From positions 347,725 through 378,894 of the forward strand of contig BDGG01000007.1 of the NCBI GenBank assembly GCA_001949185.1: a stretch of 31,170 nt of DNA. The letters run 5' to 3'. A model generated the notes under the pieces. It worked only from the letters and a program-made list of their open reading frames with translations, did no database searches and was not told where the DNA came from. Below are positions 11,247-23,605 of the stretch, piece by piece (the stretch's first letter is position 1; every line of letters begins with the position of its first letter). The DNA is from Ramazzottius varieornatus. Taxonomy: Eukaryota; Animalia; Tardigrada. The translations under genes were made by a program, and so were the position numbers.

Positions 11247-14200
11247 ATGCAGCACAAAACCACGATGATTGCGAGGATAAGCGTAACGGTTCTGATAGCC
11301 ATGTTGCTGAGTATGGTTATTGCTTTTGGCGTTTTGTGGGGTCAAACTAAAAGCGAAGTGGCCGAGAAAGAGAAAGAAATTGCGGAACTATGGAAGCACA
11401 CTACCGTCCCATCAACGGGACCAGGTGGTAACAATGTAACGACCAAACCGATCACACCCGACACGCCGTTTCTTCGCCTGCCAACGCACATTTTGCCGAT
11501 CAATTACGGCCTGGATCTTCGAGTCTACCTGCCCTTTGATCAAACCGAAGAAAGCATGGGAAAAGCCTTCACGACGGTTGGCACTGTACGCATCCGACTG
11601 GTGCCGATGACTTCAGACGCAAGGAACATCACTCTGCATGCTCGAACTCGCGCGTCCGCCAGCTCGGGAAAAATAACATTCACGAGAGACAATGTCAAGC
11701 TGATGAGGGGAGCGGACAGTGTGGCCATCAGTAACGTGGACTTCCAACACTGGACCGTGGATGTCTTCGTGGTGGAAACTCAAGAACCACTTGTACAAGG
11801 GCAGGAATATATCCTGGTTGTGGAGAACTTTGAAGGGACTATTGCGAATGACAACCAAGGGCTGTACCGCAGCTCCTTCGAACGCAGCGGTGTCAAAAAG
11901 TGAGTAGCGCAAGCCTAAAAGTCGTATGAAAGTTGGCCGGTAGTGCTTCCGTGCTGTCAGTTACGTGGATCAGCGGTCCTTTCTCGATTAGGTACCTGGC
12001 GCTTACTCAGCTCCAGCCGTACAAAGCCCGACGCGTTTTTCCTTGCTTTGACGAACCGGCCTTCCGCAGCACGTTTGACATCACATTGCGACACGATGCG
12101 CGGTTCAACAACACCAGAAGTAACGGGGAGCGCAATCCCTCTTCGTCCGATACATTCGACGGCAAACAGTGGACTGTCCAGCCATTCCGAACATCGCCAA
12201 ATATGTCAGCTTATTTGGTGGCATTTCTCATTAGCGATTTCGGAAGCCGGGACGACGGAATTGCAGCAAAGCCAGTATGAGGCCACAACCGAAGAAGTTT
12301 TCTGTATGAATGTCTTTGTATCTAGTATTAACATCTGGCTCGCTTTTGACAGAATCGTATTTCCGCAATCGAAGATTTGCTGAAGAAGCACGACGACGCC
12401 AGATTCGCCTTGACACAAAGCAGACAAAGCCTTGCATATCTGGATGCGAGTTTTGGCCAGCCATATTATACCGACCACACAAAAATGGGTGCGCTACCGT
12501 AAACCATGGACATCCTTTTGCAGATTACCCTAACCTGCACTACGTTGTATGCTTTAGATCAAGCCGGAGTACCTGATTTCGACGTCGGAGGCATGGAGAA
12601 CTGGGGTATGATCCTATACCGGGAAGCCAGCTTACTGTACGAGCCAGGAGTATCGTCCGCTGACGTTAAGCGAAGCGGTGCCGCCGTTGTCAGTCACGAA
12701 TTAGCCCATATGATCTTTGGCGATCTGGTAACCTGCAAATGGTGGGACGATGCTTGGCTTAACGAAGGGTTCGCCAGGTTCTTCCAGTATGAGATATTGA
12801 ACAGTGTTGAGGGCACCAGCGTTTGGAACTTGGTAAGTTTGCTTGTCTATGTGCTGTATTACAGCAGTATACTTAAATTATTCTGGTCAGGCAACTGATT
12901 GTCCCGTAGCATATGGTTTGAAGAGTTAATCTTGTACCACAGGGTCCGCTGTTTTCTTACTGGGTTGTGCGGGAAGCTATGCAGAGAGACGCTTACAATA
13001 CCTCCCATCCCTTGTACGATCCGTCGGTAATCACGTTATCCGACATCGACGACATATTCGATGCCGTTACGTATACTAAGGTACACTATAGAAATAGTTG
13101 GACTTCTACAGCTTCTACATATAGACTGAAGTGTTGTTTGTTAAAATCACGTAGGGTGCATCGATATTGCATATGGTCAAAGGGACAATGGGAAGGGACA
13201 CGTTTTATTCGGCTATCCGGAAATACGTGGCTGAGTTCAGAATGAAGAATGTGGTTCACCAGGATCTGTTCAAACATCTAAGTGCAGAACCAGTTCCCGG
13301 CACCGGCAGCGTGGACTTCAATAATGCCCTGAAAACTTGGGTAGAGGAAAGCGGATATCCAGTCATCAAGTTGACGCGCCTCAATGGTACCGGTCCGGAT
13401 TCAGCTACCACCGGATCACAAATCCGTTTCCAGCAAACGCGCTTCCTAATGAGAACAGGGGCGACAAGAGCGAGTCACTTCGACCGGATCTGGCACATAC
13501 CTTTGACTTTGACGTCAGGTGAGAACGGAGCCATTGGTGGACCTACGCCCAGCGGACAGTATAAAGTTTGCTGGATCAAAACGAAAGAAGGTAAGGTAAA
13601 GAAGGCGCGAAAGAAGTGTATATCCACCTAACCCGCTGGACGTTTACTGATTCTGGCTCGATAACAGGGGACTTGTCAACAAATGGATGCCCACTCGACT
13701 TTGGTTTTCCCGCTCAGCCTCCTTACAGCACAAACGAAGATGCGCAGCGAAACTTTATTGTTGCAAACGTGCAGCAAACTGGATTCTACAGGGTCAACTA
13801 CGACGGCGAAAACTGGAAACGTATTAGTGAATTTCTTTCAAATCCAGTCCAGGTGAACTTTATAGACGAAGTAAGCCGAGGACAGTTAATTGACGATGCG
13901 TTCAACTTGGCGAGGTACGACATTAAAAATTTATCAGCAAATTAAACCAGATTTAAACCTTAGTTTTCCATAGAGCCGGTGAGTACAATCTGTCTTATGG
14001 AATCGTATTCGACCTCATAGACTATCTGAGGTACGAAACCCGATACGGTCCGTTCGCGTCGGCAATGGATAACCTGCGCTACTTGGATCAGATGCTTCGA
14101 GGAAAAACGGAAGACTATCAACCTCTCGTTGATTACATGAAAAAGCTCTTCCGAACCCTGTACCCGGACCCTGTTTCTAGCGTAAGACTATGGAACACAG

Positions 14201-15252
14201 CTACATGGGTGGATGATATCAATGAGAGTCAGTACACAAAGCTTCTTCTCGACAATGCCGTTATCGAAAATGCCTGCTTCTACGATCACCCTCAGTGCGT
14301 AGCCGAAACCAAAGAACGGTTCACAGTGTGGCGAGTCAGTGGAACTCAGCTGAGCTCACCGTAAGAAAGAACAATGGACGGTAGAGACGGTCACAGTGAA
14401 CTAATCAAGTGAACATATATATCATCCCACATTGCAAGTAATTCCAGTTTGTGGCAGGTATGCGACGGCTGCTGATGCCCAGCACCTTGTACTGAATTTC
14501 CCTCAAACAAAGAACATGATTTTATGCTACGGCATTCGAAATTCGGAAAATCAGATACTTGATTGGGAATATGTGAACGAAATGCACGACAAGGAAGCTT
14601 CGACAGATGCGAAGTCTTTCCTGTTGAGAGCACTTGCTTGCACCAAGAATGAAGGACTGCTTGACAGGTTAGTACGGACATCCAGTCAACGTGGCGGAAC
14701 GAAATGTTTTGTTTTATCAATCTGTGTTTGTTCTTTTCTAAGGCTGCTTGGTAAATCGGTGGATGGCACTGTTCGAGATCAAGACAAGAACTCAATTTTT
14801 TCTTACATCAGTCGATGGGAAGCTGGTGCTGTCAAAGCTTGGGAGTTCATCCAGAAGGAGGAGAACTGGTCTCGACTAGCCCGCAAGTATGTCTTCCCCC
14901 TTGGTCTTCGTCGGAGAAAGCGAGGCTAAAACCATCGCAACTTGACTTTCACGGTTACAGGGTCCACATTATCGCCGATGTCACAGCTGCTTTTAACACC
15001 GAAACACGACTGAGAGAGGTGGGTGCGCGTAGACCATCCAAGCTGGAAGAATTTTAAATCACAACTAAGTAGGAATTCTGCATCTTACTGTTCTAGCTCT
15101 ACGCACTGAACAAAAGGTATGGAGTAGGTACCTCCGAGGAAGATGCCTTCAAGAAAGCCATTGATAAGGTCCAAGCAAACATTGCATGGACGCACGCCAG
15201 CAAAGCCGAGGTTTTAGTTGAACTAAACAAGAGAAAATCTGCACCTACATGA
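11247..15252 (+). CDS. M1-family zinc aminopeptidase (aminopeptidase N-like), type II membrane anchor; 12 exons, ~1040 aa
   Basis: Exons 11247-11899, 11992-12274, 12353-12488, 12558-12832, 12943-13080, 13155-13590, 13668-13914, 13974-14360, 14458-14667, 14743-14886, 14961-15018 and 15097-15252 join in frame (3123 nt). Motifs: N-terminal TM helix, [50 protein letters not shown]. Confidence 0.93.
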
Positions 15253-16069
15253 TCGTTTGGAAACAAAACATGTTTCACGTTATAACTCATGAATCATTTT
15301 GGTGACACTACCAAAATATCGTTGGAAGCTGATGGTAAAATTATTCTCAATATCAGTCGATCAAACAACATTCGGAACGAGTTTGATAAGTAATATACAG
15401 CGGGCGGACCCAAGGGCGGTCATCCGTCACACCAGAATCCGCCTGAGTGATACCTTTGATGTTTTCTGGCCGGAGCTTCACCATGAAGTTGCTTTCCGTC
15501 GGCGTGTTGAGAGTCAACTGCAATTTGTCGCTTTCAGACTTTAGGCAGACGCTACCGGGAAACGTTCTTGATCACAGGCTGCTCGACTGCTCGAGGTCCG
15601 CTAAACCACCAGGATCTGGATAACTTGACAGAGCCCTGCACTTGTGGTTTCGGTTTCTTTCCGTGCATGGTAGGCGTGCCCAGAAGACTGTGGCTGGTAC
15701 AAATTCAAATATCAGTAGTTATCGTTCTGCACGAAGACCAGAAGGACGTGGCACGCTTTGGGTGCCACATCAGCGTGTAGCATAATATGATTGTCCCAAG
15801 CGACTACTATTCCATGTCAGATGTGGTTGGGCGAGCAGACTGTAAGATCCTGTTTTATTCAGGTATCGCCAGTGGTGAAGCACAAACCACGGATGGACGC
15901 AAGGCGGCAAAGCGGCAGGTACCATGTCGGAAAGTCCCAGGTACCATGCTAAAGTAGGCCCGCCAAGCGGACGGAGGGAAGGGTAACCTACTGTTAAGCC
16001 GGCGGCCGATGCGGGGTTCAGCAACGCTGCTAGTAGATGGGTTTGGACCGGACGAGAACACTCTGATGG

Positions 16070-17006
16070 GGTTCGTAACATCAAGTTAACATCGTAATCC
16101 AATGCATAAGTGAGTGTAGAGATCACATCCCTGTTCATCGAGTTGTTAAAGGAACGGAGAGTTCATGCGAACATTGTTCGTGCTCACTGTCAGAAAGCTC
16201 CATCGGGAACCGGGCAAAGCATCGCGATGTTTTATCAGAGGGAATTTGATACCACATTGAGGTTGGGGTATATCTGTAAACATAATAACGAGGATATAAC
16301 TGTGAAAATCAGAGTCATGTCAGATTAAATCAGGCTGTTTTCATGGAATGTTAGTGAAGGGATTATACCGATCGAAATCCGCCCAAAGGTCAAGGGTGTC
16401 TTCCAAATTACTCAGTGCAATCGGGTCACTAAAATAATCTTACGTTAGCCAGTCGATGTAATATTCGACGTCGTCACGAAAGGTACCGTATCTGCGGATA
16501 GGCAGTTCCTGTTGACGGTGTAAGCTACACGAGATCTATAATTAGTTGTAATAAGTCGGTTACATCGAGGTTACTAACAAGTCCATGCGCATACCGGGTT
16601 CTGCAGCTGCATGAAATCTAACAGTGCTTTCGGAATCTTTTGGCTCTTCGGATACTGAGCCAACAATGGCGATCGCGGGGGGATCTTCTGAATCAGCAGT
16701 GGCGTTTGGGATGGTAGGAACGATGTTCACCAAAACATACAATTGGATTTAGTGGCGAGTTAACATTCGTGGTCGATGCAAATGCCGGGTTGATATTCGG
16801 TTCAGACTGTACATTGGTATGACACCGGTATAGTTGTCCTCTTCGTCATCCAACGTCACAAAGTCGCCAGCAGGGAATCATGGAGGGTCATAGTCGGGCA
16901 TTGTTGGATCATAATCCGTTTCCGTGGGATTATTTTCCGTCTGGGTGTTCCCGTCAGCAGCGGTTTGGGTCGTCACACTGACAGACAAGAGACTGACACT
17001 CAGCAT
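16070..17006 (-). pseudogene. Degraded coding remnant, weakly like a hAT C-terminal dimerization domain
   Basis: Reads ...EDTLDLWADFDR/[intron]/YPNLNVV..LCPVPDGAF..RSFNNSMNRDVISTL with several in-frame stops. The resemblance to 'DPLxWW..YPxL..LxxPA..R.SM' is faint. Confidence 0.25.
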
Positions 17007-17206
17007 GCGGGATGTGGAATGGTCATCTCGTGTTGTTGGAAGTGACGTGGTGCGGTCAGTGGAGAAAGCGCCGGCGTCTCGTTTACGAGAAGTACATTGG
17101 AGAACGTTACGCGAATCTTGAACTCTATGGAAAATATTTATACAGACTCAAGCGTTATGCTCAATTGTTCGACCTTACAAACATACCAGATTTCCAGGCC
17201 GTCATC

Positions 17207-17467
17207 ACTTTTCCTCGCCGAACTTTTATTCCTGGACGGAATAAGACGACGACGCGAAACTACTATGATCAAAACCGAAGAGTGAAATCGTAGTTTCCAA
17301 CAGATTTTGTTATGTTTAAGAAATATAACAATATACAGACTCTGTATCAGTTTTCGAAATATAACTAAATCTGTTGGAAACTACGATGCCACTTTTCAGT
17401 TTTGATCACACTGGTTTCACGCCATCGTCTCTTCCCGACCAGGCAGAGAATTTCGCCGAGAAAAAGT
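17207..17467. repeat. ~260-bp imperfect palindrome (foldback) with almost no loop
   Basis: Arms include ATCGTAGTTTCCAACAGATTT / AAATCTGTTGGAAACTACGAT. The centre is ATACAGA-C-TCTGTAT. Confidence 0.9.
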
Positions 17468-17960
17468 AAAGACAGGAAACTCACCTCCTGTTTATTTCTA
17501 AAAAAATTCTGGTTTGGTGCGTCGAGGAGCTAAGCTCATGTGCTACGTGCTACTCAATCAGCTTAAGTTGACTATCTGAGTCGAGAAAATGAACATCCAA
17601 CCGTATCCATGTTTGACGTATAGTCAGCGGCGGCTGTTGCCAAGTCGGGCTGTACAGTCCATTTCCGGTTCGTAACACCAGAACCCGTCTCTGTGTGTAC
17701 GATTGATTTATCGACTGGCTGACGAGTTTTTAACAGCGCAAGCTAGAAGCGATTGAATGGCGCGAAAAAATCAATCATCTAGAGCGGCCTTTGCGAACAG
17801 CATTATGTTATAGATAAATATAGAATGCATTGCGTGTTTCTTGCTGGTGGATTCGTACATTCGGCGAAGGTTTTTGAGCAAGTCCTTGAGCGGGCTCGAA
17901 CGACATCTTCCATCCGGTTTTGTACCGCAGGAAAACCGAGCCGAAGCGCAATGCTGTGAT

Positions 17961-18534
17961 TAGGGTTGTTAACGGATGGATCAGACAGTCATCCGGATGG
18001 GATCAGATGCCAATCCGGATGGATCTGGAAAGCAGTCGGATGGATGGGTCTTCTGTCTGGATGATCCGGATCTTATCCGGATGAAAACTCGAAGCTTGGC
18101 TTAGAGACTTACAATGACACAACGTATTATAATTCGTAGGTTTTGACATGCTGTGTTGCCGGACAGCATAGACAATACAGTTTAAACATCCTCCGTCAAC
18201 ATAGTCTGCAAATACTCAAAAATTAAATCGTAAGACCTTAAATGACAAGACAGAGATTGCGTAAACAAAACCACGCTCAAAAGACAAGCTTGTAGGGAGA
18301 TTGCGAATTTCTGTCGGACTACCTGCTGGTGTTTGGACTGTTTGATCGCGCGTTAGTAGTTTTGGTTCTATCCGGATAGAAAGCCGGATGGATGGAGAGC
18401 TCATCCGGATCCCATCCGGGTGGATAGGATCTCTATCCGGTTAACAGCTGGATGGATAGAATGCCTATCCAATCCATCTTCTATCCGGCTTCATCCGGAT
18501 CCATCCGATGTCGGATTGGATATTAACAACCCTA
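17961..18534. mobile_element. hAT-type MITE (574 bp)
   Basis: TIR TAGGGTTGTTAA...TTAACAACCCTA, perfect 8-bp TSD GCTGTGAT, and many ATCCGGAT/GGATGGAT subterminal repeats at both ends. Confidence 0.95.
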
Positions 18535-19815
18535 GCTGTGATATAAAACAGGAACAATCAATATTTTCACATTATCGAAAAGATATTATAGCAAATTTTA
18601 CACATATCTCAAGTGGGATGTCACCCTTCAAATGACCAAACAGCCCACCCAGATCACAACTTCAGTGACACCAGTTAGTAGACAAAGCAGAACAAATAGA
18701 GCGACAAGAACGCCGATATCGATCGACGCCACTAACACCTGTTGCTCAGCGGAGTACGGCAGGGACAGGCCACACAGGGACAGACATCTGCAAAGAAGCC
18801 GATTATAGGCCCGCTTTTCCTTACAGAATCCTGCAATGCATCTTTATCTTACTGGTAACGTACCTTTGCGGCCGACAGTATTTGCCCTAATAGAGGATGT
18901 AAAGGTGTGGGCAGTGGCCGTTGTGGCTGTGAGGCAAGGCGTTGACGTTCAATCAGTGACTGACAAACGAAATGCAGGTGTGCGATCGGACGTCGTTATC
19001 GCTACGGTCGACGTAGACAACGATGGGGATTGTTCTGCCGTGAGATTGACGAATCGAGTGGATTTTAGGGTAGTTTGAACAAAAGCGATGTAGAAGTAGC
19101 GCGAGTATCGATCGGGACCTTGGTATCGCGCGGAAAGCATGGTCGTGGTGAAAACGGTGGGGTTTTCAGTCGTAACCGTCTGATTGCCTGGTACCATGGC
19201 CGACGAACCTAAAGGAAACGCACCTTATGAACTCAGCGCTATCAAGAAGCAAATCCTTTTTGACTCACCTATTTCCCAGACGGGAATACATGTAGTGGAA
19301 TCGTCTACTTTTACCCATATATCTTTTTCTAAAGATACTTTGATCAGAGAAACAGTTGAGAAGGACACCCCAATTCGACTTACCGCATTGGCACGTGACG
19401 ACGTCCGTAAACTGGCGCAAGAAGATTATCAGATCACATCAGATTGGATTGTGGTTCAGGGGTACACTCTTTAAGTTGGGAAGAATTTCTCGTAAGACGC
19501 ACTTGCTTGGCGAAAACTCAATTTGGTCTCAAGTTCACTTGCTCGATACTAGCCATGGGTTTGCGGCTGAACTCAGGCCATTTGCTGAAGTCATTGTTTC
19601 GGCAATCAGCCAGTCCCCTTCGCATACGTTCACAACCTGTAGGACAGCTTTTTTGTACGGGATTCCCTAAGGCTGAGCCCAACAGCACATTCAGGAGCCG
19701 AAAGAGCCTCAAACTCAACATGCAGACAGCCGTACTTTGGCTAATTGTGGAAGAGCGAAATTTTGTGGAAGGGAAACTTGCAAACTGAACTGATTGGATT
19801 CGGTCCGGACTTATG

Positions 19816-19855
19816 CCCAGCTGAAAACTACTCAGGCCCAGCTGAAAACTTCTCA
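19816..19855. repeat. 21-bp-period tandem duplication
   Basis: GCCCAGCTGAAAACT(A/T)CTCA occurs twice. Confidence 0.8.
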
Positions 19856-20352
19856 TACCTGACGGTAGACAGTAAAAACGACGGTTTTCAGATGGATAAC
19901 CACCAACTCCGAACATCAGTCGTCGCGCTCACACGATTAGTAATGAGGACCGAGGGGAGGATCGAGCCGCGATGGCTTGCTTCAGAAGATCAAGGCCCTT
20001 ATCACCATCCTATATCATAGCCATCTGTATCTATGGACCTCGGTCTCGCTGTGACAGCCGACTCCGTAGAGCAGGCCTCGCAAAAGATATTGCCAGATTT
20101 ATTGTACCAAACGTTTTCATTCCTAACAAGAGAATAACAAAAGCTTTGCACCTTCCCAGTTTGCTCTCAGTGACATATTCAAGTGAACCACTTGCAGTCT
20201 TCCTTTCACTAATTCCACTTAGTACTCTTTTCTCTAACCCACCGTATTAAATCGTTATATTAAATAAAATCCTGCTTTCTTAGGGTGCCACGAACTTTAA
20301 AGAACACCTTGACAAGCGTTCGTGTAAACACCAGTGACATTTTTCATGTACC

Positions 20353-20865
20353 ATGAACCCAGATCGCGATGGAAGAACAATCCAACTCACCATCACAGCG
20401 CGCAAGGTCTTGCACGCGAAATACGGTATTGTTGATGAAGAACAGAAGAACATCCTTGAGATTCCGCTGCGCGGTGAAGACCAGGCTATGGTTAAAGAAG
20501 CGATACACCACCGTCGCAGTCAGGAAACTGACCGGAAGTTCTCGATTGTCTACCAGCTGCTAATCGCTCTGGACAAACTGGAAGAACCTGTCTACAACCA
20601 GCCACCGACACCACACAACACTCTTAGAGAAAACCAGGAAATCGAAGACCTGAAACTCGAAAAGACATGCAAGATTTGTTACTCAGCCGACCGAGATTGC
20701 TTGGTTAGTCCGTGCAAGCACGTTTCCTGCTGTCAAAAGTGCATGAAAAAAGTGTCCACTTGCACATTTTGTCACGAAGTACTTCTTACTTCCACAAAAC
20801 ATGTCTGGTTTAATTGTCCTGTAGTTCTTCGCAAGAAGACTAAATTTTCTTCTATGGTACCATAA
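20353..20865 (+). CDS. IAP-like RING-HC protein (UBA-like region + RING, no BIR); may be a gene fragment
   Basis: CKIC..PCKH..CQKC..CTFC RING preceded by EIEDLKLEKT, which resembles the IAP 'L(K/Q)EERxCKIC' context. VKEAIHHRRSQETDRKFSIVYQLLIAL resembles the IAP UBA-like segment. Confidence 0.65.
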   Translation: MNPDRDGRTIQLTITARKVLHAKYGIVDEEQKNILEIPLRGEDQAMVKEAIHHRRSQETDRKFSIVYQLLIALDKLEEPVYNQPPTPHNTLRENQEIEDLKLEKTCKICYSADRDCLVSPCKHVSCCQKCMKKVSTCTFCHEVLLTSTKHVWFNCPVVLRKKTKFSSMVP

Positions 20866-21244
20866 AACAGTTTCGCCATCACTGAAAATTTCGCTTTGTT
20901 TCACGAGGAAGTTCCTTCGTTCTCGAATCTCGATGATCGCACTCAAAGCTTCCTAAATTCTATAAGGTCGCAAACTGCGGGGATCAAATTCACAAAACGA
21001 ACGAAAGCTAACATTTGGGAAAAGGAAGCCAGTCATGAGTATTGAGGAAACATAAGAGATTTGGACTAGTCTGTAAAAACTCAGATCGGAAGCTGTCTAC
21101 ATCAGCCGGAAATGTCGTCACAGCACAACGTTAACTTTCAACAAGGAGTCGAACAGTAAAACAGATGAACCACCGAAAGTCTAAACAGTAGGAACTGGAG
21201 ACGAGTATCTTGTGGTCGTACTCCGACCCGTAAAATAATCTCAC

Positions 21245-21582
21245 TCGACTGCGGGTGATCCTCCGCTTTCCGTCCTCATCTGCCCTTCTTCAGCTGCTTC
21301 TTCAGCTTCCCCGTTCTCCTGCTACTCATCGACGACGACGAGCGGGAAGGGAAACACTTTCTCGTTCGGCGGTGTTATGATGGAGAAGCGCTACAAAGAA
21401 CAAAACCAAATCGCAGTACCGCGGGAAAAGTACAGAAAACAACTTACTTGGTCTTCATCAGCCATGACTTCGGCCTCAACGAGATCCTCTTCTCACAGTT
21501 CATCATCGTTTTCGTCATCGTCATGTTTCTCTTCATCTTCTCCAAACTGACCAGAGTCTTTTAGCGGAGGAGGTTGCGAGTA
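21245..21582 (-). pseudogene. Spliced acidic-protein remnant of unknown family
   Basis: Two D/E-rich exon-like blocks (GEDEEKHDDDENDDEL*EEDLV; DE*QENGEAEEAAEE) joined by a clean GTAAGT...TTTGTAG intron. Each block has an in-frame stop. Confidence 0.4.
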
Positions 21583-21821
21583 CTGGGGAGGCCCAATCCA
21601 AAAATGGTACCAGGAATAAATCAACAATCAATGATTACAATCAACCAGGCTTTGTGTTCTGACCGGGTCGGTCAGCCGGACCAACTATTCAGCAAAACGC
21701 AGTGTGTTTTTCGCGACAAAACTCCCATATCGGCGCATTAACGAAACTTTCTTTACAGCGCTCCGACAAATTCTCCCGTGGGCTTGTTCGAAAGCCCGAT
21801 GTTAACTTTACGCTACGTTAA

Positions 21822-22878
21822 CACCTGAATACCAAGCTTTTTGCGTCGGCAGACTACCAGCGTACTCACTGTGAGCACAGAACTTTAACTGGAGGATAAG
21901 GGAAAGTGTAACTCAAATTAACCAATAGACAACTTTGAGTATGTCGAAATTGTTGGGATTGGTGGGTCGTAGAGGCCAACTCGGGAGAAGTAGCCCTGGC
22001 CGTTTTGATTTTTTTCTGGACGCACCGATGACACCAAGTTTGTCCCAGGCTTAGTATCGGCAGAGAAAGCTCTCCTCAGTGTTTCAATTTTCTTCTAAAC
22101 AGATGGTTGGTATGTATCTCGAGTAAAGACATGGAACCTAAAATACTCCCGAAACTGCCCGAAATCGTAGGGATTTTTTCCAGCCTGCGGAAGTTGTACT
22201 GACCAGTGGTCATCGGCTGCGTTTCGGTGATAAGACCGCAGACCAGGCAAAGAAAAAAAGTTTGATTCAAACCGGGAAAATGGAAATAATGGCGAGCGAA
22301 AAAGTGCCGTGTTGTGCTCACAATGAGTACGGTAGTAATCGGGGTGTCAGCACTTGTAGCACGACCGTACTCATTGTGAGTACAATGTGTCAGTTTCACT
22401 CGCCTCCCGATTTTAGCTTTTGGTCTTTCGGGTTGGGGATTTTTTGTTTGCCTGCAACTCGATCTTGCCATTAAGTTGAGATTAATGACCAGTGGTCAGC
22501 GAAAACGCAGAACGCTAGCAAAAAGTTTTACGACTTCGGGTGGTTTCGGTGGTATTTCAGTCTTCGTCTTCTTACTGGAGGCACATACGTAACACTCGTT
22601 CTGAAAAAATCTGAAACAGTGAGGACAATGCCCTTTACCGAAACCAAGCCTGGGACAAATTTTCTTGTCATCGGAATGCTTTAGAGAAAATCAAAATGGC
22701 AAGGACTACTTTCCCCAGGTTGAACTCCACGGCCTGCCAATCTTCGAAATTTCTAAATTTCTTAAATTATCTATTGGCTGGCCCTGCCTCCTTTGCATTA
22801 CCTTAGCCAACCAAAGTCTTGTACTCACAAAGAGAACGGTGGTATTTTGCGAACATGAAAACCTTCGTGCTGTAAGTG
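21822..22878. mobile_element. ~1.06-kb degenerate foldback element flanked by TTAA (piggyBac-like non-autonomous)
   Basis: Ends are TTAA|CACCT ... AAGTG|TTAA. The arms align as inverted repeats over their full length (e.g. TTTGTCCCAGGCTT / AAGCCTGGGACAAA) around a centre at ~22348. Confidence 0.7.
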
Positions 22879-23605
22879 TTAATAAGCTTGTCTTGCTGGC
22901 GGACGGCTGGCTACTGCAGGACAGAGCCAAGAACAAGGTTTTTTTGGGGTTTGCAGGGCTGATTATTGTTGGTCAATTATTAGATTGTATCGCACGAAAG
23001 TCCCGTGGTGGTGAAGATAAAACATCAATCTTCCTAAAGACGTTGGAGGTGTTAAAATCGGGTTACTACGGAATAACTTATGAATGTTTGAATGGAGGTA
23101 TGGGCGGACAGATAAATATGGGACTCAGTGCAGTAAATTCATAGATCGCGGTAATCGAAATATGTAATGCTGGTTCTCGTCATGTACACTTGCTTTGTTG
23201 TTGGTATTGTACGATTTTGTCCCAGCATTGTTTTGTTGCTGCTGTTATTCTCCACGGGTAGTGGCGGAGCCAAAGACCTGGACTGCCAGACGATACGACG
23301 TATGAACGAGTACCCGCGCGGTCGGGAGAGCGACCGCTCCAGCCTTGTTTTCTTTGAGTCTGCTGAAGACTGCCGGTACAGGCGCCGTCTACCCTCTCGC
23401 AAAACTATATTGCGCAAAGAAATGACCGCAATTAGTTTGACTTTCAAACATCGAAGTGCTGCTTGCGCGTGTGGCAGTTTCTCTGCCTACTATTGGGTCT
23501 ACAACAGGGCACATGACAACCAAAATTGATAATTTATAGCTAGCATTGCGGCAACGAATGTGAGGACAACCAAAATTGACAACCGAAATTGATAATTTAT
23601 AGCTG

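Noticed and set aside
18730-19480. Thr-rich minus-strand ORF (18949-19197) and plus-strand ORF 19184-19474
   Set aside because: Interrupted by stops with no recognisable domain. A gene call cannot be supported.
23167-23529. 120-aa ORF faintly resembling a helicase motif V region (LLFSTG..LDCQTIRR)
   Set aside because: The similarity is too weak and flanking helicase motifs are absent.
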